A stretch of 64,000 nt of DNA from Lachnospiraceae bacterium (lineage in GTDB: Bacteria > Bacillota > Clostridia > Lachnospirales > Lachnospiraceae), in the NCBI GenBank assembly GCA_024698345.1, contig JAILRH010000187.1:443-64442 (forward strand), given 5' to 3'. The notes beneath the pieces were generated by a model that saw nothing but the letters and a program-made list of their open reading frames with translations, was not told where the DNA came from and did not search any database. This document shows positions 33,876-44,500 of this stretch, piece by piece; position 1 is the stretch's first letter; each line of letters begins with the position of its first letter. Made by a program: the position numbers and the translations under genes.

Positions 33876-35801
33876 ATGAGAAAAGGTTTAAAGTTTATGG
33901 GGTTAATAGCTGCAAGTTTAATTTCCGCAGCATGTGTGTTTGGTGAAGTGAAAGCAGCCTATAATTTTGATGTGTATGTTGGGGCTGAAACATCTTGGAC
34001 CCATTATGCGTATACTTATGGAATGCCTTACTATATAAGTGGTGATAAGTGTGCCAGTATTGGTGGGTCAGGAACAACAACTACCACTTTTTATGGAAAG
34101 AGTGTCGGGATAGGTCTGTACGGGGCTAATTATGCGAGCGGTGGTTATGCTGCACCTAGTGAATTCTTAATATGCGTACATACATTGCCAACTGGAATAT
34201 CGTTAGACAGCGGATGGTTCTCAAAAGATAAGCAGGATATATATATGTATATTGGAGATGAAGCAAAATATAGCTATGTTGTATATCCTAATACTGGTGC
34301 AAGAGATTGTGATAAGGCTATTCAAAGGCTTCTAAATAAAGGATATGATTATAATGTTATTTCGGTTTCGAATAATAATAATATGGTTATCGCCAAAGGA
34401 AAGCAAGAAGGTGATACTAGGATTATAAATTATACGGCGGAACTACCAGAGAAGGATACGAAATCTGTGGAAGTTGAGGTGCACGTGAGAAAGAAACCGG
34501 TAGTCAGTTTATCTGCTTCTTCGTTAGTTCTTGCTACTGGTATCGAAGAACCGGAAATAATAACGGCAGCATTGACTAATGAATCAACTTTTAGTAAATA
34601 TGAAACTACTTTAAAGTGGGAAACAAACAGCTCTGATTTAGCAATAATTGGAGATTCTACTGGAAAAAGTGTTTCATTGAAAGCAGCGAAAGCAGGACAA
34701 TATAAATTATATTGTTATGCTATGGATGAAGTAACAGCTCATACTGGACATAGAAATGTGCTAGGAGTATGTAATGTAACAGTAGTTGATGATTATGCAA
34801 AGATAAGTACAGATAAAGGAGTTGATTTAAATAATAAGACTCAAAGATTAACTGAAAGAGGATTAAAAGTTAAAGTAGAAACAAGCAGTTATAGCACAGT
34901 AAAGTCAGTTGAGTATGATACGTCTATTGTAAAGTGTGTTGGAAATGATGATGATACATATACATTTACAAGAAAACAGCCGGGAAAGACAAAGATAACT
35001 TTTACAACTAAATATGGTGTTCAGGGTTCTTTCTATTTAGAAAATTATGCTGATAGCCCAAAATTCGACAAGCTTCAATTTGATACAAATACGATTACTT
35101 GGGAAGAATCTTACGGAGCAGTTTTATATAAATTATACAGGTCCGAAGATGAAGAATCGGGATATGAGTATATTGGCACAACAATTGATTGTTCCTATAG
35201 TGACAGTACGATAAAGAATGATACATATTATTATTATAAAGTTATTGCAATACCTTATAATACGGAATATGCGTCTTCAGCATCTGCTTGTACAACAGTT
35301 TATGTAAAAAAGCCAGCTGCTCAGCCAACACAGAATAATAGCTCTGACAATAATAATAAAACATCCGCAAACGGTGGCAACGTAAAGGGTAATACTGATA
35401 GTGGTAATAGCAATAACAATCTTAGTAAGAGTGGTACTGCTGTAAATACTGCTAAAAAGTCGCAAAATGTCGTTGTTATAGATACTAAATTAAAAGAAAA
35501 GGGTGTCTCTGTAAAGAACGGAAAATTAAAGAAAGCTAAGTTTAAGTTCAAAAGAAGCAAGAACAAGAAAAAAATAACTGTTACGGCAAAGAAGCAGAAA
35601 GCTGCTGTTGGTTTTGAGTTTGCGATTTCTACTAATAAGAAATTCAAGACATCTTATGCTACATATTCTGTTTCAAAAAATAAATATACATTTAAGAAAT
35701 TGAATAAAACAAAGAAGTATTTCTTGCGTGTTAGAGCATTTAAAGTGGTAAATGGAAAATTTGCCTATGGTAAATGGAGTAAAGTGGTAAGAGCTAAATA
35801 G
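33876..35801 (+). CDS. paralogous secreted Ig-like/FN3 protein with the same C-terminal Lys-rich module
   Basis: Signal peptide; YKLYRSEDEESGYEYIGTT...YYYYKVIAIP (FN3-like). C-terminal GFEFAISTNKKFK...YFLRVRAFKVVNGKFAYGKWSKVVRAK. Confidence 0.6.
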   Translation: MRKGLKFMGLIAASLISAACVFGEVKAAYNFDVYVGAETSWTHYAYTYGMPYYISGDKCASIGGSGTTTTTFYGKSVGIGLYGANYASGGYAAPSEFLICVHTLPTGISLDSGWFSKDKQDIYMYIGDEAKYSYVVYPNTGARDCDKAIQRLLNKGYDYNVISVSNNNNMVIAKGKQEGDTRIINYTAELPEKDTKSVEVEVHVRKKPVVSLSASSLVLATGIEEPEIITAALTNESTFSKYETTLKWETNSSDLAIIGDSTGKSVSLKAAKAGQYKLYCYAMDEVTAHTGHRNVLGVCNVTVVDDYAKISTDKGVDLNNKTQRLTERGLKVKVETSSYSTVKSVEYDTSIVKCVGNDDDTYTFTRKQPGKTKITFTTKYGVQGSFYLENYADSPKFDKLQFDTNTITWEESYGAVLYKLYRSEDEESGYEYIGTTIDCSYSDSTIKNDTYYYYKVIAIPYNTEYASSASACTTVYVKKPAAQPTQNNSSDNNNKTSANGGNVKGNTDSGNSNNNLSKSGTAVNTAKKSQNVVVIDTKLKEKGVSVKNGKLKKAKFKFKRSKNKKKITVTAKKQKAAVGFEFAISTNKKFKTSYATYSVSKNKYTFKKLNKTKKYFLRVRAFKVVNGKFAYGKWSKVVRAK

Positions 35802-35820
35802 CGTGAATAGGGGGTTTATT

Positions 35821-36747
35821 ATGAATTTTAATTCTAAAAGAAAAGGGATTATAGATTTCTTTTCACGCTGTTCAGACTGTGATGAAGCATTAGAAGAAAG
35901 TATACATTTTCTTTCGGGAAGATATGATGTTGATATTTCTGTGTTTACGTACAATCGTGACAATGAACTGGCACTTTATGTTTCGACACTAAAAAATGAA
36001 GACAGTAAGGCTTTTGTTCTCAAAAGTATAAATGAAGGGAGTTCAGAGAAACGAGAAAAAGTTGTAAAGGCTGATAATAAGTACATAGAATTCTTCAATA
36101 AGAGGAAAGGAACACTTTTGCTTGAATACTTTTCAGGCAAAAGACTTCCTGATAATTTAATTGAAGAACTTCAATTATTATCATTAACAACTTTTCTTAA
36201 CAATGAAACTTCACGTGCTTTAAGTGTTGATCCGGTAAGTGGAGCAAATTTGATGTTAAGCAAAGACATTAAAGAACTAAAAAATGGTTATCTAGGAATT
36301 ATAAAGATACCATATACACTAAAGTTAGCAAAAAATCTTTTAACTGTTGCAATTATAGCTAAAAGGTATGCAGATAAAGTGTATCGTGAAGGTGATTATA
36401 TTTGTTATTATTCCACTAAAGGTAAGATTGATGTTAGAGAATTGTCAGGTAAAATAGAAGCAGATATCAGAAAAAATATTTCTGATATCTCTGTGAAAAT
36501 AATGTTTGTTGAGATATCAAAGGATTCATTGAATGTATTAAGGGAAAAGATTGAAAAGGCAGATGATGGTGTTACATATCTGAGTGTTTTTTCCAATGAA
36601 ACAATAGATTCATTTGAGGAAAGTATTGAAAAGGAGGAAAGCCAGAAAGGCAAAGAAAAAAAGGTTGAAGATAAGCATTCTTTGGGTGTTATCGATTCAG
36701 TGGTTCAAAATCCTACAGGAATTAATGATCTTTTTTCTGCTTGGTAA
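35821..36747 (+). CDS. hypothetical cytoplasmic protein (308 aa)
   Basis: ATG 35821 follows AGGGGG; no secure motif. Confidence 0.55.
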   Translation: MNFNSKRKGIIDFFSRCSDCDEALEESIHFLSGRYDVDISVFTYNRDNELALYVSTLKNEDSKAFVLKSINEGSSEKREKVVKADNKYIEFFNKRKGTLLLEYFSGKRLPDNLIEELQLLSLTTFLNNETSRALSVDPVSGANLMLSKDIKELKNGYLGIIKIPYTLKLAKNLLTVAIIAKRYADKVYREGDYICYYSTKGKIDVRELSGKIEADIRKNISDISVKIMFVEISKDSLNVLREKIEKADDGVTYLSVFSNETIDSFEESIEKEESQKGKEKKVEDKHSLGVIDSVVQNPTGINDLFSAW

Positions 36748-36753
36748 GAAGTT

Positions 36754-37137
36754 ATGAGAAAAATCGTAATGATTATGATGTTGTTACTGGCCACAGTTTT
36801 TCTTTGTTCATGTAGCAACAGTGAAGATATATATAAAACGGTAAAGGAGCATAATGAGAATAGTTATAATTCTCTTTGGGACGAAAATGAAGAACTCGAA
36901 GGATTGTCTCAAAAAGAAAGAGGTCATTATTATGCAATGAAGGTTTTAACACCTTCAAAAACAATCTTTTTCGTTTTAGGTGGTTTAAGTATATTGGTTG
37001 GAATATTCCTATTTGCCATTTTTAAGAAAGAAAAGATGATTCGAAGAAAAGCTGTAATGGTGTTTATGATAGGAATACCGGTTACGTTGTTTGTCTTTTT
37101 CATGCTAATACTTGGGACGGCAGCATTAACTGAATAA
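36754..37137 (+). CDS. small membrane lipoprotein candidate
   Basis: MRKIVMIMMLLLATVFLCSCSN lipobox-like signal plus two C-terminal TM helices. Confidence 0.5.
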   Translation: MRKIVMIMMLLLATVFLCSCSNSEDIYKTVKEHNENSYNSLWDENEELEGLSQKERGHYYAMKVLTPSKTIFFVLGGLSILVGIFLFAIFKKEKMIRRKAVMVFMIGIPVTLFVFFMLILGTAALTE

Positions 37138-37161
37138 AAACAGGAGGTTATTATTAAAATT

Positions 37162-38106
37162 ATGGATTATAGAAGTGTTGATTTGGATAAAATGTCGCAA
37201 AATATTAAGGATAAATATTTTGTTAACTCTGGTTCAATGTTTATTGAGAAGAGTAAAGAAAAAATAAAGTTAGAAGATTTCAAGGAAGCCCTTGCAAATA
37301 AGACGTCTATGAAAATTCGATTTACTTCCGTTTTAGGAGGCAAATTAACTATGACTTGCTCTGCATATAAAGTTCAGTGTGATGTGTCTGAATGGCAAGG
37401 TAATACAGCATATATTGTAAAAAGAGACGTCGAGGTTTTGGTTACTGATATTGATGAAACTGAAAACATTGTCACGGTTTCTATTAAAGAAGCCCAAAAA
37501 AAAGTTGCTGAGCAACGTAGACAATATGCAAGTGAAATTGATGCAGAAATCGATGAAAGAATAAAAAAAGGTGAAACTGTTGTTCTTCCAGCGAAGATTG
37601 TTAAAATTGTATGCAATGGAAAGTTTTCATTTGCGATTCTGCAGATTCTTGGTTCCAAAGTAATAGGTAGAATATTAGCCAAAGATTGGGCTCCTAATTA
37701 TGTTTCAAATTTAAAAGAAGTTTGTCATGTTGGTGAATGGTATGATGTAGAAGTAGTATCAAGAAGGCAGAATTCCGGATATGACAATTACTGGGACTGT
37801 TCAAGAGTGTCAATAGCGGAAGACCCTTGGAAGACACAGAATTTTGATGAACGATTCAAAAAAGGTGATTTGCTCAGTGTAAAATGCGTAAGCATTGATA
37901 AGTCGGAAACATGGTTTTGGGGTGAATGTGAAGATGTTAAGGGAATACAATTATTCTGCGATATGCCACAGAAGTTTAAGATACAAATTGGCCAAGTGTA
38001 TCCTTGTATGGTAAAGCATGTCGATAGTTCTCAAAGGATGTTCAAGGTTGTTCCTATTAATATTGGTCCTGATAAAGCTACATCTTCAGATAGTTGCGAT
38101 AGATAA
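37162..38106 (+). CDS. hypothetical protein, possible S1/OB-fold repeats
   Basis: Repeated G-x-hydrophobic-x-V motifs (GEWYDVEVVS, GDLLSVKCVS, GQVYPCMVKHV); weak. Confidence 0.4.
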   Translation: MDYRSVDLDKMSQNIKDKYFVNSGSMFIEKSKEKIKLEDFKEALANKTSMKIRFTSVLGGKLTMTCSAYKVQCDVSEWQGNTAYIVKRDVEVLVTDIDETENIVTVSIKEAQKKVAEQRRQYASEIDAEIDERIKKGETVVLPAKIVKIVCNGKFSFAILQILGSKVIGRILAKDWAPNYVSNLKEVCHVGEWYDVEVVSRRQNSGYDNYWDCSRVSIAEDPWKTQNFDERFKKGDLLSVKCVSIDKSETWFWGECEDVKGIQLFCDMPQKFKIQIGQVYPCMVKHVDSSQRMFKVVPINIGPDKATSSDSCDR

Positions 38107-38126
38107 AAGGAGGGTATTAAGAAACT

Positions 38127-39170
38127 ATGAATACAAACGAAAAACAAAACGATGTAATAAGAAAGTTGTTCGATTATGCTACAGGTTACAATTATGACGG
38201 CCAGATAGTAAAAAGAACAATTTATACAGATAAATATGAAGCAAAAAATATTGAAAGATTATTCTGCAGTTCCGAAAATTCTTCTTCTCCTTCCGTTTTA
38301 TCAGAAAGCGACAAGAACCTGTTGTCATTGCTTGCTAATATAGATGTGTTTACACTTGCGATAGCAGAGCAGTTAAAAGTGCTGTATTGTTCAAAGATCA
38401 CAGGATATGTTATTTCGCAGGATATGGAAGCGGCAGTTAAAAGATTGATGAGTCATGGGCTACTATGTTGTACGGAACTTATCTCTCCTGTAATTAGAGA
38501 ACAGAAGCCTAAGAGATATTATAGGCTTTCTTCTTTCGGAAAAGCATGTGTTAACTACTGGGATAGAGAGATAAAAGATGTCGGGCTTAAAGAGGTTGGA
38601 AATCCGGATGTTATCTTATCTCATTGTGCAGCTGCTTATGTCACTTTGGCTTTAGTTGCGAAAGATTTTGAGTTTTTGCCGGAGAAGAATGTGAGTTGTG
38701 GTCCGCCGATTGGAGTTGACCATTTCAGTTCGGTAATGTATAATAAAAAAGGCGAGAATGGTACAAAGTTGTTAATACAGCCATTATATTTTACTCATAG
38801 AACGAAAAAAGAAACAAAAGCTCAATATGAAATGAGGGTTTCAAGAATCTGTGAGAAAGTGCTGACTGCAGTGAATAACGCAAGGTTAGAACGCAGATTT
38901 GGTACTACAAAAATAATATGTGTGGCTAACAACTTTGAGGATATACAGACATTCATTCGCGAATTGTATTTTCTTTGTGAACAGAATAATGGATCAAGTT
39001 TCGACGATGTATTAGATTGCGTATTCTTTACTTCGCCTAGTGTGATTAATCAGTATAAGACTATTGATAAGAGCTGTTTTAGTTACACCTCATATGATAA
39101 CATCAATGAAACAGGGAAAATGACAAATGCTCCGTTTATGAGGTGGATTAGTGATAATACAATTCAATAA
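38127..39170 (+). CDS. hypothetical protein, possible winged-helix replication-relaxation-family member
   Basis: LLSLLANIDVFTLAIAEQL...AVKRLMSHGLL...RYYRLSSFGKA resembles the wHTH pattern of that family; weak. Confidence 0.35.
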   Translation: MNTNEKQNDVIRKLFDYATGYNYDGQIVKRTIYTDKYEAKNIERLFCSSENSSSPSVLSESDKNLLSLLANIDVFTLAIAEQLKVLYCSKITGYVISQDMEAAVKRLMSHGLLCCTELISPVIREQKPKRYYRLSSFGKACVNYWDREIKDVGLKEVGNPDVILSHCAAAYVTLALVAKDFEFLPEKNVSCGPPIGVDHFSSVMYNKKGENGTKLLIQPLYFTHRTKKETKAQYEMRVSRICEKVLTAVNNARLERRFGTTKIICVANNFEDIQTFIRELYFLCEQNNGSSFDDVLDCVFFTSPSVINQYKTIDKSCFSYTSYDNINETGKMTNAPFMRWISDNTIQ

Positions 39171-39183
39171 AGTTAGTTAGTTG

Positions 39184-39216
39184 ATCGGGAAAGTTTAGTG
39201 CTTTCCCGATATTTTT
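39184..39216 (+). terminator. intrinsic terminator
   Basis: ATCGGGAAAG / CTTTCCCGAT 10-bp stem followed by ATTTTT. Confidence 0.75.
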
Positions 39217-39235
39217 AATTTATAAGGAGGGTTAT

Positions 39236-40759
39236 ATGAAATCAGTTAAAAGCTTAGGGATTGTGTTTGTCGCACTGGCAATATTTACTATTTGTGGCGG
39301 TACTAAGGTTGATGCAGCAAAAATCAAAATTAGTAAAAAGAGTGTCACTATGTCAGTTGGACAAACACGAAAAGTTAAATTGAAAGGCGCAAAGAAAAAT
39401 AAAGTATTATGGCGTTCAACTAAAAAGAAAGTCGCCACTGTTAAAAAGGGAGCGATTAAGGCTAAAAAAGTTGGTAATACCGTAATAATAGCTAAGTATC
39501 AAAAGAAATTATATAGATGCAGGGTAAGTGTTGTGGATATAAACCAAAAAAAAGAACAGAAAACTGCAGAAGCACCGACTTATTATGATACTGGGGTGAA
39601 AGAAAGAGAAAGTCAGAAGATTGTAAAAAGAGAGGAGCAGACAACTGCTAAGGAAGAAACAACTACAAAGGCTCCAACTGATTATACAAAATTGGAAACT
39701 AAATGTGGTGATGTAAGTGTTAGTATTGGTAATAATATACTGACTTTATCAGGAAACGGACAAATGCAGGACGTTTTTGCTGATGATATTCCATGGAATG
39801 GATACAAGTATGATAAGGTAGTTGTTCAGGAGGGAGTATCTTACATTGGCAAAAATGCATTTGCAAATCAAAACATATCATCACTTGAGATAAAAGGTAA
39901 TGTTACTATAGGTGCATACGCTTTTGAAAAATGTACAAATCTGGCAAAGTTAAGTATTGAAGGAAATGCTATATTAGGAAAAGGGGCATTCAAAGGTTGC
40001 GAAAAATTATCCAATATAAGTCTTGGAAAGACAACAACTATTGGGGCATACGCTTTTGATGGTTGTGCTTTAGCTTTAGTAAAACTTCCAGATACCGTTA
40101 AAGAGATAGGTGCATTTGCATTTAATGGTTGCGATATTGTGGAATTAACAATCCCAGTTTCAGCAAGCATTGATCTTAACAGTTTCAGCACTAAATCACT
40201 GTCTAAATTAACTGTAACAAAAGGGGATGGAAACGCATGGGATTATACGCCAAATGTTTCAAAAAATACACCATGGCATAATACAGAAGTAGATTTGGAT
40301 GTTATTATTAATGCTGATGTTAATTACATTGGTGAAAGAATGTTTTACGATTGTGTCAAAATCAATTCGCTTACTACTTCAACAAGTATGAACGTTGAAG
40401 GGTCCTCTTTTGCAGGCACAAATAATATACCAAGGATAACAATCAAAAAAGGTTCTGTGGGAATTGCAACATATACGAACATTAATTCAGTATATTATCC
40501 GTGGAACAGAGAGGCTACAGCGAGAAAGACAGTTACTCTTGATAATTCAATTAGTGAGATTCCTGAATATATGTTCAGTCAGTCTAATTCTTATTTGATT
40601 GTATCTTTCAGTAGTAATGTCACAAATATATGTAGTAATGCTTTTGCTGAAAGTAAAGCATCAATTTTCTTTAGCGGAAGTGAAGAAGAGTTTAATTCTA
40701 TTACAAAAGAAGCTGACTGGGATAACGGAGCGGCAGTGAATTTATATTATACAAATTAG
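39236..40759 (+). CDS. surface protein: Big_2 domain + BspA-type leucine-rich repeats
   Basis: Signal peptide; KISKKSVTMSVGQTRKVKL...VATVKKGAIKAKKVGNTVIIA (Big_2). Repeats IGKNAFANQNISSLEI, IGAYAFEKCTNLAKLSI, LGKGAFKGCEKLSNISL, IGAYAFDGC. Confidence 0.65.
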   Translation: MKSVKSLGIVFVALAIFTICGGTKVDAAKIKISKKSVTMSVGQTRKVKLKGAKKNKVLWRSTKKKVATVKKGAIKAKKVGNTVIIAKYQKKLYRCRVSVVDINQKKEQKTAEAPTYYDTGVKERESQKIVKREEQTTAKEETTTKAPTDYTKLETKCGDVSVSIGNNILTLSGNGQMQDVFADDIPWNGYKYDKVVVQEGVSYIGKNAFANQNISSLEIKGNVTIGAYAFEKCTNLAKLSIEGNAILGKGAFKGCEKLSNISLGKTTTIGAYAFDGCALALVKLPDTVKEIGAFAFNGCDIVELTIPVSASIDLNSFSTKSLSKLTVTKGDGNAWDYTPNVSKNTPWHNTEVDLDVIINADVNYIGERMFYDCVKINSLTTSTSMNVEGSSFAGTNNIPRITIKKGSVGIATYTNINSVYYPWNREATARKTVTLDNSISEIPEYMFSQSNSYLIVSFSSNVTNICSNAFAESKASIFFSGSEEEFNSITKEADWDNGAAVNLYYTN

Positions 40760-40772
40760 GAGAGTATAAGAA

Positions 40773-41549
40773 ATGCAAAACGAAACTAGAGAAAAAATTA
40801 AATCGTTGAAAACTGCAAGTACATGTTTAACAGTACTCATTATTGTATGTGTGGTAATTGTATCAATTTGCGTTATACAGGCAAATCAATTAAAAGAGGA
40901 ACAGCCAGAAGTTCTTCCTGATGGGCGTTTATCTCATTCAATTTTTGAACTGCAGAATAATGAGTATAATGCTGATAATGATATGCCTATATTTTATTAC
41001 ATTAATAACGGACATTATTCTTATGATATGTATGCAGATGTACAGAAAGCGGACGTTAACGATTCATCATTCTTTGCGATTGATTCAGACGTGACGTTAG
41101 GTGTTACAACATGCGAAAATGCAGATGATTCATTAGAAGTTCTGAAACGTGATATAGAAGAAGGTTTTTCAGTTAAAGATGTAGAAGTAGTCCAGGAGAC
41201 AGAAGGCTATGCTAACGGGTGGGTTGCTAAGTTTTATTTGTTTGTTGGCAAATCTGGAAATGCTGATGTAAACGGTGCAGCTTACGTTGCACAGACAGAA
41301 GAAGGTTCTTTTGTTGTTTCAGCAGTAGGATTAAAGGATTTTGAATGGTTGCAGGAATGTGCAAGAGCAACTTATGATACTGTTCATGTAACTGCAGAAT
41401 GGATCGATAATAACGTTGAAGAAACTTCGCAAATGTTTATTTCAGAGGAAGAGTCTTCTGAAGAAATATCAGAGAATGTAAACACAGAAAATACAACAGA
41501 GGAGATAATTCAAGATACTAATACAGATGATGTAGAAGGGGGAAATTAA
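40773..41549 (+). CDS. membrane-anchored protein with acidic tail
   Basis: TM CLTVLIIVCVVIVSICVI and a C-terminal E/S/T-rich tail. Confidence 0.5.
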   Translation: MQNETREKIKSLKTASTCLTVLIIVCVVIVSICVIQANQLKEEQPEVLPDGRLSHSIFELQNNEYNADNDMPIFYYINNGHYSYDMYADVQKADVNDSSFFAIDSDVTLGVTTCENADDSLEVLKRDIEEGFSVKDVEVVQETEGYANGWVAKFYLFVGKSGNADVNGAAYVAQTEEGSFVVSAVGLKDFEWLQECARATYDTVHVTAEWIDNNVEETSQMFISEEESSEEISENVNTENTTEEIIQDTNTDDVEGGN

Positions 41550-41552
41550 TCC

Positions 41553-44500
41553 ATGTTTAAAAACAAGAAATTTATCGGCCGAAGAATTGTGGCTGCTGTA
41601 GTAGCATTGTCACTTATTGCTTCGGGTATTGGTTTAAGAGCTTATGCAAATGACAAATCAGAAGTTGGCTCTAAGGGTAGTTTGACTTCCTATCAGTATA
41701 TTACAGGATTGCAAAACTTATCAGATAACTTTGGGAATCATTCAATCCAGAAATTAAAGATGGATGTTGCTGGACAGTCGGATGATTTAGCTGCTTTTTG
41801 TATTGCTCCCGGTGTAAAGATTAATACAGAAAAAAGTAATCCATATACTGCAACATCAAACACTTGTGGTTATGCCACAAGATACTATAAAGCAGCATTA
41901 TCTTATAGATTAGAGCATACAAAAGAAGAAGCTGATATACATAGAATAGCAGCTCAGTTATGGTGTTGGCAGATTTATAAGGCGCACGAAAAAAACAAAG
42001 GTAAAGCCATTACTGCGAATGATGTCATAAATGCAACAAGCGGATTTAAGAGCGACTTTATTGCTATATTGAGTGATAGTAGCTTGCAACACAATGTAAG
42101 AAATTTTGATTTGGTTTCCGCTTCACGGGCTGAAAATATATATAATGATTCACTTCAGTATATTGTTAAAGAAGGTTCAGAAAAGAAGCATACTCAAATT
42201 GATTTGTTAAAGTGGACTTGTCCTTCCGCACAGACTGTTATTACAGGGAAAAAAGTAAAGGACAGAAGTGTTAAGTTGCAGGTTAAGAAAACAGGTTCTG
42301 CTTTAGGAAAAGAAGCATTTCTTGCCGGATGTAAATACAAGGTATATGCGGATGCCGACTGTACAGATCCAGTAAAAGCATATAAATCAAAAGAAGATGC
42401 TGTAATGACTATTAAAGCTGATGGAACATCAAATGTTGTTACATTACCGGCAGCTTCGGACAAGGAATTTGCTTACTATGTAAAAGAGGAGGCGGCTAAT
42501 GAAGGTACTGTAAAAAATAGTACGCCTTATCCTGCAAAATTTGCTGTTGGATTGTCAGAAAATGATGTTGTTGTATTAAACACTAAGAATAACGAAAAAA
42601 ACTTCAGACTGGATATCCATAAAAAAGGTGATGATGGAGTGAATCTTTCAGGGGTGACTTTTGCTGTAAAAGAAAAGAAAAATGGAAATTGGGAACAGAT
42701 TGATTCCAAAACAACAGGTAGTGATGGAAAGTTAAGCTTTGGACCATATTACTATTCCAAAGAAAATCATGGTGAGTTTATGGTTGTTGAAACTGCATGC
42801 ACCAACACGGCTTATATTAAAACAAATTGGTCAAAAGTAATAAAGTTGGCTGATCAGAATGCGGAAAGTAAAACATATACTTACGACGTTATTAATCCGA
42901 GAAACAGTATAGATTTAATTATTAACAAACTTGATTCCAGCACAGGGGCGATGATTCCGGAAGATACAGGCTTTTTACTTTGTGAGATTACTACTGATCT
43001 ATGGAATAAGTATCATAATAATCTTGGCAGTGCGGTTTCTGAATCGGTTAGTACAATTGATGGAGTAAGACAGTCTGATGGAACTTATCTCTTCAAGGGT
43101 GCTAAGCCTAATACACGATATATTATTGACGAATACAGTAGACCAAATGGATGGCTTAGAGGTTCTGAAATTGTAGAAGCAAAAGTAGTTAGCGGTGATT
43201 GTTCTATAGTAAAAGATTATTTAGAATTAAATGCCCCATTATACAGTGGAACTGGTTTTCAGGATAGAGCTGATTATTATATTCCAATTATAACAGGAAA
43301 CACAAGTGGAAGTTCAATTGTAATTGATGTATTTGATGATGAAGCTGCAGTTTCACTAAAATGTTATAAAGAAGATACGGAAACAGGCAAAAAAGCACAA
43401 GGAGATGCCAATTTCTCAAATGCTGTGTTTGGTGTGTATGATGTTGCTGATGACAGTTTAGTTACAACAATAACTACTCGCAGTAATGGAGAAGGTGAAT
43501 CAGAGGTTAAGTTAAACGCAAAGACAAATTATTATGTTAAGGAAATCGTTGCACCTAAAGGTTATAAACCAAATCCAGAAAAGCATTATGTTGATGAAAC
43601 ATGGAATGGTTATTATGGCTACCAAAAGTTGAATGAAGAGCGTAAAGTAGTTGTTAAGGATGATGTAATCAAGGGTTCTGTTGAGGCTTATAAATATACT
43701 GTAAATCCAAAAACAGGACAACAGGAACCGGTCTCTGGTGTTGAGTTTGGTTTATATTTATGCAGTTCCCTTACTGGTTGGAACGACCTTAACTATATAG
43801 AATATGATTATTCAAAATACACGCCAATAACAACTTTTAAGACTGGTTCAGATGGATTAGGTTTATCAAGCGAAATACCTTACGGTCAGTATGTTTTAGT
43901 TGAATTGTCACATCCTGCCAACTTGTTAAATGCTGAACCTGTAGTTATAGATATAGATGATTCTTTTGAATTTAAAAGAGATCCTGTCTATGTTGAAGTT
44001 CTTGACCCTGAGTTTGAAGCCAAACTTGAAATTGTAAAGAAAGATGCTGATACTGGTGAAATAATTAAAAAAGAGGGGAATACTTTTAAAATCTTAAATC
44101 TTGACACTAATGAATATGTTAAGATGGGTGTACTTGAAATTACTAAAGGTAGTTTTGAGGATGGAGATTACGAAACAGAGCTTGTTTACACTTCTATGTT
44201 TACCACTAATAAAGATGGAAAAGTTCTTTTGCCAGATACTTTATTGCATGGTAATTATCAAATAGAAGAGGTTGAGGCATGTCCTGGATACAAATTGAAT
44301 AAAACTCCGTTAAAAGTTGAAATTTCAGACAGCCAGAAATATGAAATTGATCCTGATACTCTTAATCCGGTTATTTCAGTTACATTCGAAAATGAAGCTA
44401 TTACCGGTGTGGTTGATATTACCAAGAGGGGTGAAGCTGTATCCGGATTCGAAGATAATGAATTTGTTTACAAGAATGCAAGTCTTGCTGGAGCTATGTT

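Noticed and set aside
35821-36747. Degenerate GGDEF-like fold (SVDPVSGANL..., GIIKIPYTLKL..., REGDYICYYSTKG aligned to DPLTGLPNR, DIDHFK, RYGGEEF)
   Set aside because: The resemblance is too weak by eye, and all catalytic positions would be lost. It needs a profile search before being claimed.
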